Below are positions 45,841 through 55,142 of a stretch of DNA of 64,000 nt, piece after piece. Position 1 is the stretch's first letter, and the number at the start of each line of letters is the position of its first letter. The notes beneath the pieces were generated by a model. It saw only the letters and a list, made by a program, of their open reading frames with translations, searched no databases and was not told where the DNA came from. A program made the translations under genes and the position numbers. The stretch is taken from NCBI GenBank assembly GCA_963614875.1, contig CAVEFC010000001.1, positions 28,285-92,284 on the forward strand, read 5' to 3'. This DNA comes from an uncultured Eubacteriales bacterium. GTDB taxonomy: Bacteria > Bacillota > Clostridia > Oscillospirales > CAG-272.

Positions 45841-46611
45841 ATGAAAAAATTTGCTGCTTTATTTCTCGTTCTTACATTTATAGTTGCCTGCGCGGCAGCC
45901 TGCAAAAAAAATCCGACTCCCAATCCCGACGTGACCGTCGGCACAACGACCACCGGATCCGCCGCGACAACCGGCACCAAAGGCACGGAAACCACCGAAA
46001 CGACTCCCGCGGAAACGACAACGACCTCCGCCGCAAGATTTACGGAAGTAAAGGACGGCGATTTCTCATACAGAATACTCAAGGATGATGACGGCAAATA
46101 TTACGCCGTGGCAGTTATCAACTGGTCGGGAAGCGACGAATCCCTCGTTATTCCCTCCTCATACACATACAGGGGCACAACCTATGATGTTGTCCGTATA
46201 GGAAGCAATACCAACGCAAGAATAGGTCAGTCCATTCACAACGTAACGGAGCTTACCATTCCGGCATCCGTAAAAACAATAAGCTCCGGTGCCTTTCTCG
46301 GTGCGCTCAAGCTTGAAAAAATCAACTTCTCCGAAGGTCTTGAATCCATCGGCGAAATGACCTTCTGGTGCTGCGTAAGCCTCAAAGACGTTACGCTTCC
46401 TTCCACGCTCAAGGAAATCGGCGCAAACGCATTCTCCGGCTGCACGGCGATAGAATCCATAACGGTTCCTTCCTCCGTAACGACAATTGGCGCGGGCGCA
46501 TTCTCAGGCTGCTCGTCGCTCAAAACGATAACTCTTCCTTCGGCGTTCCGCGCTCAGGAAGCAGAGCTTTTCAACGGCTCTCCCAACGTTCAGATAACCT
46601 ACGTTGACTGA
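45841..46611 (+). CDS. BspA-type leucine-rich-repeat lipoprotein
   Basis: Start at MKKFAALFLVLTFIVACAAC (lipobox), a Thr-rich linker, then LRR units such as IPASVKTISSGAFLGALKLEKINF and LPSTLKEIGANAFSGCTAIESITV. Confidence 0.8.
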   Translation: MKKFAALFLVLTFIVACAAACKKNPTPNPDVTVGTTTTGSAATTGTKGTETTETTPAETTTTSAARFTEVKDGDFSYRILKDDDGKYYAVAVINWSGSDESLVIPSSYTYRGTTYDVVRIGSNTNARIGQSIHNVTELTIPASVKTISSGAFLGALKLEKINFSEGLESIGEMTFWCCVSLKDVTLPSTLKEIGANAFSGCTAIESITVPSSVTTIGAGAFSGCSSLKTITLPSAFRAQEAELFNGSPNVQITYVD

Positions 46612-46625
46612 TTGACAAAAAGCTT

Positions 46626-46676
46626 CACCCCTTCATAACATGGAAAGACGACCATGTTGTAAAGGGGTGTTTTTTT
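46626..46676 (+). terminator. Intrinsic terminator (long hairpin)
   Basis: CACCCCTTCATAACATGG-loop-CCATGTTGTAAAGGGGTG followed by TTTTTTT. Confidence 0.7.
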
Positions 46677-47955
46677 GTCTTTATATACAGTAAAATCGGG
46701 CGATTCTCTGTACTCGATTGCAAAAGCCTTCGGAACAGAGCCTGCGCTTATCGCCGAATGGAATGGACTTTCCGCTCCGTATCCGCTTGCGGTCGGACAG
46801 TCGCTTCTGATTCTTTCTCCCGTACAGACGCACACCGTCGTGCGCGGAGATACCGTGTTTTCCGTATGCTCGCGCTACGGAATAACGCAAAACGAGCTGT
46901 TTTGCAAAAATCCTTCGCTGTGCGGCGGATATGTTCCGCTTTCCGTGGGGCAGACGCTCGTCACGGAATTTGCCGAAAAGCCGGATGATAAAATGTTTTC
47001 CTACGCATACGCCTATACTTTTATAGAGGAACGGATTCTGCGGCAGACGCTTCCGTATCTGTCGGCGCTCGCGCCGTTTACCTACGGCTTTACCCCCGAC
47101 GGAGATCTGCTTTCTCTGTCCGATTCAAAGCTGCTTTCGGCTTGCCGCGACTACGGCATAACGCCGCTTATGCATCTTTCGACGCTCACCGAAAGCGGCG
47201 GATTTTCAAACGAGCTTGCAAGCGGACTTTTCTCCTCCGAGCAGGCGCAGGAAAATCTGATAGGCGAAATCATAACCGAAATGACGGAAAAGGGCTACGG
47301 AGGACTCGACATCGATTTTGAATTCGTCTTTGCCTACGATGCCGCGGCGTACGCGGACTTCATTGCAAAGGCAAGGGCGGCGCTTGCTCCTTACGGCTAT
47401 ACCGTTTATGCGGCGCTTGCACCGAAAACCTCCGCCTCGCAATCCGGACTTTTATACGAGGGACATCTTTACGATAAAATAGGCGCGGCGGCGGATAAAG
47501 TTTTTCTTATGACATACGAATGGGGCTATACCTACGGTCCGCCGATGGCGGTAGCCCCGATAAACGCGGTGCGTCGCGTGCTTGACTATGCGATAACGGA
47601 AATCCCCGCCGAAAAAATCATTATGGGGATTCCGAATTACGCATACGACTGGACGCTTCCCTACAAATCCGGAGAAACGCGCGCAAAGCTGATATCAAAC
47701 GAAGAAGCCGTAAGAACAGCCGTAAAAAACAACGCCGAAATAAAATTCGATGAAGCGGCTCAGTCGCCTTATTTCAATTATTATTCGGACGGCAGACAGC
47801 ACGAGGTATGGTTTGAAGATCCGCGCTCGATAGAAGCAAAGCTTTCGCTTCCGAAGGAATACGGATTTTTCGGCGTGGGCTATTGGAACGCAATGCGTCC
47901 GTTCAATTCAAACTGGCTGATTCTCTCTCAGCTATACGGAGTAAAAGCGCTGTAA
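46675..47955 (+). CDS. LysM-LysM-GH18 spore peptidoglycan hydrolase (YaaH/SleL-like)
   Basis: Two LysM domains (YTVKSGDSLYSIAKAF; HTVVRGDTVFSVCSRY) and the GH18 catalytic motif GGLDIDFEF. TTG start. Confidence 0.8.
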   Translation: MSLYTVKSGDSLYSIAKAFGTEPALIAEWNGLSAPYPLAVGQSLLILSPVQTHTVVRGDTVFSVCSRYGITQNELFCKNPSLCGGYVPLSVGQTLVTEFAEKPDDKMFSYAYAYTFIEERILRQTLPYLSALAPFTYGFTPDGDLLSLSDSKLLSACRDYGITPLMHLSTLTESGGFSNELASGLFSSEQAQENLIGEIITEMTEKGYGGLDIDFEFVFAYDAAAYADFIAKARAALAPYGYTVYAALAPKTSASQSGLLYEGHLYDKIGAAADKVFLMTYEWGYTYGPPMAVAPINAVRRVLDYAITEIPAEKIIMGIPNYAYDWTLPYKSGETRAKLISNEEAVRTAVKNNAEIKFDEAAQSPYFNYYSDGRQHEVWFEDPRSIEAKLSLPKEYGFFGVGYWNAMRPFNSNWLILSQLYGVKAL

Positions 47956-47998
47956 AAAAATATGCGGAAAGCAAAAAGCCTTCCGCATATTTTTATTT
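47954..47998. terminator. Bidirectional intrinsic terminator
   Basis: ATATGCGGAA-loop-TTCCGCATAT flanked by an A-run and a T-run, between convergent genes. Confidence 0.7.
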
Positions 47999-49267
47999 TG
48001 CTTTAAGCCTGCTTACGCCTTTCATTAAAGTGCTCAGCAGAGTATACATTGTGATAAGTCCGAGCGCGATGGCTCCGGCGACCATAAGCGTGGAGCTGAG
48101 CGCCGAGTTTGCAAGCGGATCGCCGCTTATAAGATAATAAACCGCGCGATAAATTCCCGCGCCGGGCACAAGAGGAATTATTCCGCAGATAAGAAATATC
48201 GTTTCCGGAGCTTTGAGAAGTCTTGCGAAAATATAAGCGAAAAGCTCCGCGAGCAGTGCGCCGAGAAACGCTCCCCATACGTCGCCCATACCGTTATAAA
48301 AGCCGAAAAGATTGGCAACCCAGCCCATCGCCGCGGTAAAGGCGGAAGCGATTATAAACTTTTTCGGCACATCGAGTATAAACGAAAATCCGACAATCGA
48401 GAAAGCCGCCGCCACAAAGCCGACCGCATATCCGACAAAGCCCTCTCTTGTTATGCTTGTTATAAAGCCTATCGTTTCGGGAGCAATGCCTACCTTGCGG
48501 CAGAAGAATATTCCTGCGCCGACGCCAACGGCAACAGCCGCGGCTATCATAAACGCTTCCACCATTCTCGCGCAGGCGGAAATAAAGTCGCCCTGAAGCA
48601 CGTCGCGCACGGCATTTGTTATGGCAACCCCGGGAACAAGCGGCATTATTCCGCCGACGATTATATACTGCTGATGAAGCTCCGTTCCCGTTTTCATCGC
48701 ACCGTATACGCACAGAAGCGAAACCACCGTTATCGTCGCCGCACAAAGCACGTCGCACAGGAAATCCATACCTATGAATTTACGCAGATAATAGTTTTCA
48801 AACGACATTACAAGCCCCGCAAGAAGCGCTACCGCGGCGTCCGCGATCGAGCCTCCGTAAAGCAGAGAAAACATACTTGTCGCAAGCATAACGCCGATAG
48901 CCTTCATCGCGATGCCGTAAAAATGCTCGTTTTTTATTTTTTCAAGGCGTGATTTTGCCTCGTCAAGAGTTATTTTTCCTCCGCAGAAATCGCGGGAAAC
49001 ATTGTTTACAAGATATATTTTTGAAAGGTTGTTTGTTCCGGGCGCTATTCTGCGCGTTATCGAAAGCGTTTCCTTTTTGTCGTCGGAAAGAGTAACCGTT
49101 ATTCCCGTCGGCAGAACAAATGCGTCCGCCTGAGAAAAGCCCGTTGTCTGAAGTATTCTCGATATGGTATCCTCAACGCGATGAGTTTCCGCGCCGGAGC
49201 TCATCATTATCTGCCCCGCAAGTATAGCCATATCGACAAGCTCGCGGTAATAAAACGAATCTTCCAT
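47993..49267 (-). CDS. Threonine/serine exporter family protein (ThrE-like, DUF1212+DUF3815)
   Basis: N-terminal LAGQIMMSSGAETHRVEDTISRI motif followed by about 10 TM helices. Confidence 0.7.
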   Translation of the reverse strand: MEDSFYYRELVDMAILAGQIMMSSGAETHRVEDTISRILQTTGFSQADAFVLPTGITVTLSDDKKETLSITRRIAPGTNNLSKIYLVNNVSRDFCGGKITLDEAKSRLEKIKNEHFYGIAMKAIGVMLATSMFSLLYGGSIADAAVALLAGLVMSFENYYLRKFIGMDFLCDVLCAATITVVSLLCVYGAMKTGTELHQQYIIVGGIMPLVPGVAITNAVRDVLQGDFISACARMVEAFMIAAAVAVGVGAGIFFCRKVGIAPETIGFITSITREGFVGYAVGFVAAAFSIVGFSFILDVPKKFIIASAFTAAMGWVANLFGFYNGMGDVWGAFLGALLAELFAYIFARLLKAPETIFLICGIIPLVPGAGIYRAVYYLISGDPLANSALSSTLMVAGAIALGLITMYTLLSTLMKGVSRLKAK

Positions 49268-49280
49268 AATTCCTCCGAAT

Positions 49281-50231
49281 TTATTTTGCGTTTTTTCTTT
49301 CTTCGATTATCCGCGCGACAAAGCCCTCACGCACGCCGGCTCCGCTTATCACAAGCTTTTCCGTGCCGCAGTATTTTATTATCTCGCAGAGAGCGACCGT
49401 GCCGGGAGCAACCGTTGCCACCCTGTCCGGAGCGTATCGTTTTATCGCCGCACCGCCGTCGGAAAGCACCGTGTCGCGAACGGAAATCATATCCTCTGCC
49501 GTCATTTCAAAGCCGTCAAGCGAGGAGGGGTTCAGCCTTGCGCCCATAAAAATTCGGGCTGCGGCTCTTGCAGTGCCGCCTATAAGATACGCCGTTCCGC
49601 CAACACCCGAAAATTCGGGATGAGCCGAAAGCAGTCCGTTTACATAAGACTTTATGCTTTCCGCCTCCTCTCCGGTCACGGAAAGAGGAGCTTTCACATA
49701 TTTTTTGGAAAGCGCAAGACAGCCTATCGGAAAGCTGTGGGCATTCTGCTTTTTACCGTCCGCAAAGCTCACCGTTTCCGTGCTTCCGCCGCCCATATCG
49801 ATTGTTACGCCCTTTTGGGCAAGCGATTTTTCAAAACGCTTAAGCGTTGCGTAAAAATCAAGCTCCGCTTCTTCCTCTCCCGATATTACGGTTATTTCCG
49901 TTCCGAGCCGCCTTTTTATCGAAGCCAGCACCTTATCGGTATTTGAAAGTCCGCGCAGGCTTGCCGTCGCAAACGCGAAAAAGTCGTCTGCCGGCAACGA
50001 ATTTGCCCTTGCAAGATATTCGCGCAGAACGGCAAAAAGCCTTCCCTCTCCGTCCGGAGAAAGCCTTCCGCCCGAGGTATATGCCGCAAGTCCGAGCATA
50101 CTCCGCGCGGAATCGCAAACGGAAAATTCTCCCGTTTCGGTGTTTACATCATATATATTCATTCTGACGCTGTTCGCGCCTATATCCACCACCGCAATTT
50201 TTTCGGTGGGATCAAAAAACGTGTCTTTCAT
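49281..50231 (-). CDS. Ppx/GppA family phosphatase
   Basis: ASKHA-fold motifs VVDIGANSVRMNIY and TIDMGGGSTE. Confidence 0.8.
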   Translation of the reverse strand: MKDTFFDPTEKIAVVDIGANSVRMNIYDVNTETGEFSVCDSARSMLGLAAYTSGGRLSPDGEGRLFAVLREYLARANSLPADDFFAFATASLRGLSNTDKVLASIKRRLGTEITVISGEEEAELDFYATLKRFEKSLAQKGVTIDMGGGSTETVSFADGKKQNAHSFPIGCLALSKKYVKAPLSVTGEEAESIKSYVNGLLSAHPEFSGVGGTAYLIGGTARAAARIFMGARLNPSSLDGFEMTAEDMISVRDTVLSDGGAAIKRYAPDRVATVAPGTVALCEIIKYCGTEKLVISGAGVREGFVARIIEERKNAK

Positions 50232-50554
50232 ATAACAAAAGAAATGAACTCCGTGCCGCGAACGGTTATCGTTCCATCGTCGCCCTCGGCAAAATACAGA
50301 TACGCATCGGACGACACGCGGTATTCGGCTCTGTCGCCGGTTCTGTATTCAAACGTTATAAAATACGTCTTTGCCTTTTCCGACACGGCGCAGCTCCTTT
50401 TGGAAACCACCCTTGCCGGCGCCGATATTCTCGGCAGCGAAAAATTCTTTTTCGAGCCGCCGACAGCACGCGATACGGTTATCGTCATTATAACGATCGC
50501 CGCGGCAAAACAGACAAACACAAGTATTCCGCCGATGCTGGAAGCATAGTCCAT
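50228..50554 (-). CDS. DUF2500-like small membrane-anchored protein
   Basis: 108 aa with one N-terminal TM helix and a beta-rich C-terminal domain (YFITFEYRTGDRAEYRV). Confidence 0.55.
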   Translation of the reverse strand: MDYASSIGGILVFVCFAAAIVIMTITVSRAVGGSKKNFSLPRISAPARVVSKRSCAVSEKAKTYFITFEYRTGDRAEYRVSSDAYLYFAEGDDGTITVRGTEFISFVI

Positions 50555-50688
50555 TTCTCAACCTCCGGAAAATGATTGCCCTATGATTATACACCATAAA
50601 AACAAAAATCGCAATAGAAATACGAAAAAGTACTTGCTCTGCGGAATATAATTTTATAAACGCTGAAAACGGAGGCTTTTTACACAAA

Positions 50689-51381
50689 ATGATGGGCATT
50701 TTTTCGGCACTTATGTCGAATTTTCTTTACCTGTTTCTGAAAATTTCATATTCTCAGAGCTTTCCTCCGCCGCTTTCTCCGAAGGAGGAGGAAGAATGTT
50801 TTGAAAAAATGCGACGCGGCGATTCCGCGGCGCGCGGAAAGCTTATAGAGCATAATCTGCGGCTTGTGGCGCACATAGTCAAAAAATACTATTCGATGTC
50901 CAAAAATCAGGACGATCTTATTTCCATCGGCACGATAGGACTGATAAAAGCCATAGATACCTTTGACAGCCGCAACGGAACGCGCTTTGCAACATATGCG
51001 AGCAAATGTCTGCAAAACGAAATCCTTATGCATTTCCGCTCGCAGAAAAAGACCGCATGCGAGGTCAGCATAAGCGAGCCGATAGACATTGACAAGGACG
51101 GAAATCCGCTTACATATATAGACGTTATCAGCACGGAGGATACCATTGCCGACGATATCGACAGCAAAATAAAAACCGTAAAAGCCAAAAAGGCAATCCT
51201 TACGGTGCTTGACAAAAGAGAAAGAGAAATCATAATTCTGCGGTACGGACTCGGCGGCGCGCGCGCCATAACTCAGCGCGAGGTCGCCGAAAAGCTCGGA
51301 ATTTCACGCTCCTACGTTTCGAGAATAGAAAAATCGGCGCTGAAAAAAATGAGCGGATATCTCTCCTTGGGAATATTCTGA
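50689..51381 (+). CDS. sigK: RNA polymerase sporulation sigma factor K (pro-sigma-K)
   Basis: LIEHNLRLVAHIVKKY, DLISIGTIGLIKAIDTF, LGISRSYVSRIEKSALKKM, and an N-terminal hydrophobic pro-sequence ending ...FLKISYSQSFPPPLS, like B. subtilis pro-sigma-K. The gene is uninterrupted. Confidence 0.85.
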   Translation: MMGIFSALMSNFLYLFLKISYSQSFPPPLSPKEEEECFEKMRRGDSAARGKLIEHNLRLVAHIVKKYYSMSKNQDDLISIGTIGLIKAIDTFDSRNGTRFATYASKCLQNEILMHFRSQKKTACEVSISEPIDIDKDGNPLTYIDVISTEDTIADDIDSKIKTVKAKKAILTVLDKREREIIILRYGLGGARAITQREVAEKLGISRSYVSRIEKSALKKMSGYLSLGIF

Positions 51382-51490
51382 TATCCTTTGGCATATATCT
51401 TATACCGGATAAATAAAGCTTTGACCGTCGGCGGCGGCAAAGAGGAAAAAACATCTTGAAAAAATCCGTCGGGAAAGAGGTTATATATTT

Positions 51491-53071
51491 ATGTTCAGCT
51501 ACACAGACGACGGCGCAAAGAACTGCGTCGTGATAAAAACCTTTGAGGATACCGTAATAAAAGAAGTAAACGCGGATTACACGCTCCCCGATTATCTTCC
51601 GGATGTAAGCAGAATACTACGCGCCGACGCAAGAGTATGCCGCGCGGGAAAATACATAAACGGAAGCTCTCTCGAATACGACGGCACGGTAAGCTTTTCA
51701 ATCATATATTCGACAGCCGACGGAATTATAAAAAATGCGGAATTTTCCTCCGATTACGGCGGCAGTATGACGCTCGGCGATTTTTCCGGCGACTGCTCTG
51801 TCGACGCGGATACAGAGCTTGACTCCGTAACCGTGCGCCTTCAGAATCCGCGCAAACTGAGCGCAAAGGCGCGCATTTCCGTATCGGCGCAGATAAACTG
51901 TCTTGACTGCACCTCTCCCGCCGTAACGGGAAAATGCGGTGAAGACGATATAAGATGCAAAACGGAAAATATAGACTGCTGCTTCGGTATCGAAGCGTCG
52001 GAAACGGACGTTGCCGTAAGTGAGGATATCGCGACAGCTTCTCCGCTTCCGGCAATAGACGAAATCGTAAGCGTATTTCTCGATCCTTATCTTTATGAAA
52101 TAAAAGCCGGCGACGGCGTGATAAACTACAAAGGAAACGCCGTTGCAAACATTCTTTACAGTGCCGCAGAGGAAGATCCCTCCGCGCCGAAAACATACGT
52201 TTCTCTGCTCCGCAGAATACCCGTTTCGGGCGAGGCGATCGCCGAAGGCGCTACCGAAAACTGCATATGCACGGGAAATATCTGCATAACATCTCTTGCG
52301 TACAGAAAAGCGGCGGACGCGAGCGGCGAGGACAGAACCATCGAAACGGATTTTTCCTATTCGGTATATTTTGACGCTTACAAAAACGTAAAAAGCGAAA
52401 TAACAACCGATATGTATTCCACCGGATACGAAAGCTCGACGGAGATGAAAACCCTTTCCTATCGCTGTGCCGTAAGCGGAAAAAGCTTCAATTTTTCCGA
52501 TTCCGCCTGCGCGGAGCTGCCCGACGATGCCCTTTCGACCGTCACCGCGATAAGAGCGGCAGCCACCGTCACGGGAGCGGAAAAATCGGGCGGAAAGCTT
52601 GTCTTTACGGGAAATACCGAAATTTACGCAATACTTTCCGACGGCGGAGTTTATATGGGAAAGATGTTTTCTTCTCCGTTCCGCGCCGAAACCGACGCCG
52701 CTGTGATTCCCGACGATTTTGATTTTTCCGCAAACGCCTCCGTTATAGATATAAAGGGCAGAACCGCCGACGGAAAGCTCTGCGCCGATATGGAAATAAT
52801 GATAAGCTACATTGTTTTCTGCAAAAAGGAAAGCCGCTCGGTTTCGGTTCTTTCGATTATGTGCGACAAGCCGCGGAAAACGGACGGCGGCGCAAAAATA
52901 ATTATGTATTACCCGTCCAAAAACGAAACCCTTTGGGATATTGCCAAAAAATACGGCACGACCGAAGCGGAAATAGCTTCGGCAAACGGACTTTCCGGCG
53001 AGTCCGACGGAAGCGTGCTTATGATACCGTCAAAAGCCGCCAAAGCGCCGATATATACGAAAATAATATAA
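51491..53071 (+). CDS. DUF3794 domain protein with C-terminal LysM (SipL/SpoVID-like spore morphogenetic protein)
   Basis: N-terminal DYTLPDYLPDVSRIL motif of DUF3794/SPOCS proteins. C-terminal LysM (IIMYYPSKNETLWDIAKKYGTTEAEIASANGL). Confidence 0.6.
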   Translation: MFSYTDDGAKNCVVIKTFEDTVIKEVNADYTLPDYLPDVSRILRADARVCRAGKYINGSSLEYDGTVSFSIIYSTADGIIKNAEFSSDYGGSMTLGDFSGDCSVDADTELDSVTVRLQNPRKLSAKARISVSAQINCLDCTSPAVTGKCGEDDIRCKTENIDCCFGIEASETDVAVSEDIATASPLPAIDEIVSVFLDPYLYEIKAGDGVINYKGNAVANILYSAAEEDPSAPKTYVSLLRRIPVSGEAIAEGATENCICTGNICITSLAYRKAADASGEDRTIETDFSYSVYFDAYKNVKSEITTDMYSTGYESSTEMKTLSYRCAVSGKSFNFSDSACAELPDDALSTVTAIRAAATVTGAEKSGGKLVFTGNTEIYAILSDGGVYMGKMFSSPFRAETDAAVIPDDFDFSANASVIDIKGRTADGKLCADMEIMISYIVFCKKESRSVSVLSIMCDKPRKTDGGAKIIMYYPSKNETLWDIAKKYGTTEAEIASANGLSGESDGSVLMIPSKAAKAPIYTKII

Positions 53072-53076
53072 AACGC

Positions 53077-53108
53077 AAAACAGCCGCACTTTTCAGTGCG
53101 GCTGTTTT
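53077..53108. terminator. Bidirectional hairpin between convergent genes (overlaps the folD 3' end)
   Basis: AAAACAGCCGCACT-TTTC-AGTGCGGCTGTTTT. Confidence 0.6.
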
Positions 53109-53938
53109 GCGGCTGTAACCGTATTTTTGAGAAGCATTGTAACCGTCATAGGCCCCACTCCGCCCGGGACGGGCGTGATAAACGAAGCTATCGGCTCGAC
53201 AGCCGGAAAATCAACGTCGCCCACAAGCTTGCCCTCGGGCGTCCGGTTCATACCGACGTCGATCACGACGGCTCCCGCCTTTACCATATCGGCGGTTATA
53301 AAGCCCGCCTTGCCGACGGCGGAAACAAGTATGTCCGCCCGACGTGTGATTTCGGGCAGATTTTTTGTTTTTGAATGGCAGATCGTCACCGTGCCGTTTT
53401 CGTGAAGAAGCAGCATTGCCATGGGCTTTCCCACTATGTTGCTCCGCCCGACAACAACACATTCCCTGCCCTCTATGCTTATTTTGCTGCGATGCAGAAG
53501 CTCGATTATTCCCGCCGGAGTACACGGCAAAAAGCTGAAGCTTCCCGTCATTATCCTGCCGACGTTTTCGTCGCGGAATGCGTCAACGTCCTTTTCGGGC
53601 GCGATATGCGCGATTATATTCCGCTCGTTTATGTGCTTCGGCAGCGGAAGCTGAACAAGTATGCCGTTTACGTCGCTGCGGAAATTCAGTCCGTCAAGCA
53701 CGGAGATAAGCTCTTTTTCGGAGGTTTCCGCAGGCAACGCGATTATTTCGGAACGTATGCCCGTTTCGTCGCAGGCTTTTTTCTTGTTGCGGACATAAAT
53801 TTGCGAAGCGGGATCGTCGCCGACTATCACAACGGCAAGACAAACGCTTATTCCTTTTTCCGAAAGCCTTGCAACCTCCGCCTTTATTTCCGCTCTCACC
53901 TCGGCGGAGATCGCCTTTCCGTCAATTATCCTTGCCAT
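53093..53938 (-). CDS. folD: Bifunctional methylenetetrahydrofolate dehydrogenase/cyclohydrolase
   Basis: MARIIDGKAISAEVRAEIK..., VVGRSNIVGKPMAMLL, PVPGGVGPMTVTML. Confidence 0.9.
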   Translation of the reverse strand: MARIIDGKAISAEVRAEIKAEVARLSEKGISVCLAVVIVGDDPASQIYVRNKKKACDETGIRSEIIALPAETSEKELISVLDGLNFRSDVNGILVQLPLPKHINERNIIAHIAPEKDVDAFRDENVGRIMTGSFSFLPCTPAGIIELLHRSKISIEGRECVVVGRSNIVGKPMAMLLLHENGTVTICHSKTKNLPEITRRADILVSAVGKAGFITADMVKAGAVVIDVGMNRTPEGKLVGDVDFPAVEPIASFITPVPGGVGPMTVTMLLKNTVTAAKQPH

Positions 53939-55061
53939 CTTCGTTTTCTCCGTAGGATTTTTCGGGCGCGTCTTTTTCCTGCTTTTTCAAAACAACCTTT
54001 ATGGGCGGAGCTTCCTCGTCCTTGCCCTCGTCCGCTCTGAAAAGATCCTTTTTCGAGCTTGCGCGGCGAAGCGCTTTGTCGCTTTCCGCCTCGTTTTTTT
54101 CAAATTCGGCGGTATCGAAATCAACCGAAGAATCGGTTTCAGGAGCTTCATATTTGCTCTTTCCTATTCCGAAAAAGTACGGAATCGAAACATCGTAGCC
54201 GTGTCTTATTTTTCCTTCCTTTTCTTTCTTTACGGCGAGAATATGAAATACCACCGTAAGCGGCAGCGATATCACAAACAGCACCATTCCGAGCAGCGCC
54301 GAAACTCTCATTCCGGTGTTTCCGAGGTAAAGAGAATCCGTCCGGAGCTGTTCTATGAAAAATCTTCCGAAGCCGTACCAGCCGAGATACCACAAAAGCA
54401 CCTCGCCGCCGAACTTTTTCTTTTTATAAAATACGTTTATCAGAATAAATCCGATAAGATTCCATACCGACTCGTAAAGAAACGTCGGATGAACGAAAAC
54501 CATATCGGCGGTTGCAAAATCGCTGTAGGTGTTTCCGTTCTGAAGTCCCATACGAAGAAAATACAAGGGGTGCGATTCCGGAACGATGCTGCCGTACGCT
54601 TCGCCGTTGAAAAAGTTTCCCCATCTGCCCAGAATCTGACCTATCATAACCCCGGGAATTATCATATCCGCATATTTGAAAAAGTCTATTTTCTTATAAA
54701 GCGATACCAGAATAACCGCTGTTGCGCCGCCGATTATTCCGCCGTATATGGCAAGACCGCCGTTCCATATGGCGATAACATCATAAAACGAATGTACATT
54801 GCCGTAAAATATAACGTAATAAAGTCTTGCGCCGATAATTCCCGCGGGAACCGCAAACAGCGTTGTGTCTATAACGTCGTCGAATTTTATTCCGGCTTTC
54901 GCCGCGCGATATGCAAAATACGAAAACGAAAGAATTATTCCTATGCAAATTATCACGCCGTACCACATTACAGGTCTGCCGAAAACGGTAAACGCCACAT
55001 TGTCGACCGAAAATTCGCCTATCCCGAGCCCGGGAAACGAAATTCTTGATATCTGTTCCAT
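53922..55061 (-). CDS. lgt: Prolipoprotein diacylglyceryl transferase with a ~100-aa charged C-terminal extension
   Basis: Lgt signature GRWGNFFNGEAYG and about 7 TM helices. The C-terminal low-complexity Lys/Glu/Asp tail overlaps the folD start by 17 nt. Confidence 0.85.
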   Translation of the reverse strand: MEQISRISFPGLGIGEFSVDNVAFTVFGRPVMWYGVIICIGIILSFSYFAYRAAKAGIKFDDVIDTTLFAVPAGIIGARLYYVIFYGNVHSFYDVIAIWNGGLAIYGGIIGGATAVILVSLYKKIDFFKYADMIIPGVMIGQILGRWGNFFNGEAYGSIVPESHPLYFLRMGLQNGNTYSDFATADMVFVHPTFLYESVWNLIGFILINVFYKKKKFGGEVLLWYLGWYGFGRFFIEQLRTDSLYLGNTGMRVSALLGMVLFVISLPLTVVFHILAVKKEKEGKIRHGYDVSIPYFFGIGKSKYEAPETDSSVDFDTAEFEKNEAESDKALRRASSKKDLFRADEGKDEEAPPIKVVLKKQEKDAPEKSYGENEDGKDN

Positions 55062-55142
55062 TTCTGACGCGCGTCCGTCGGTTTTGCGCGGAAAGGCACA
55101 AGCCCGACGTCCGCATCCTTTCTTTCTTATTTTTCGGATATT

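Noticed and set aside
50689-51381. A skin-like intervening element in sigK, considered because a serine recombinase is present in the window
   Set aside because: sigK is a single uninterrupted 230-aa ORF covering regions 2-4. The recombinase is 7 kb away and has its own hix-like sites.
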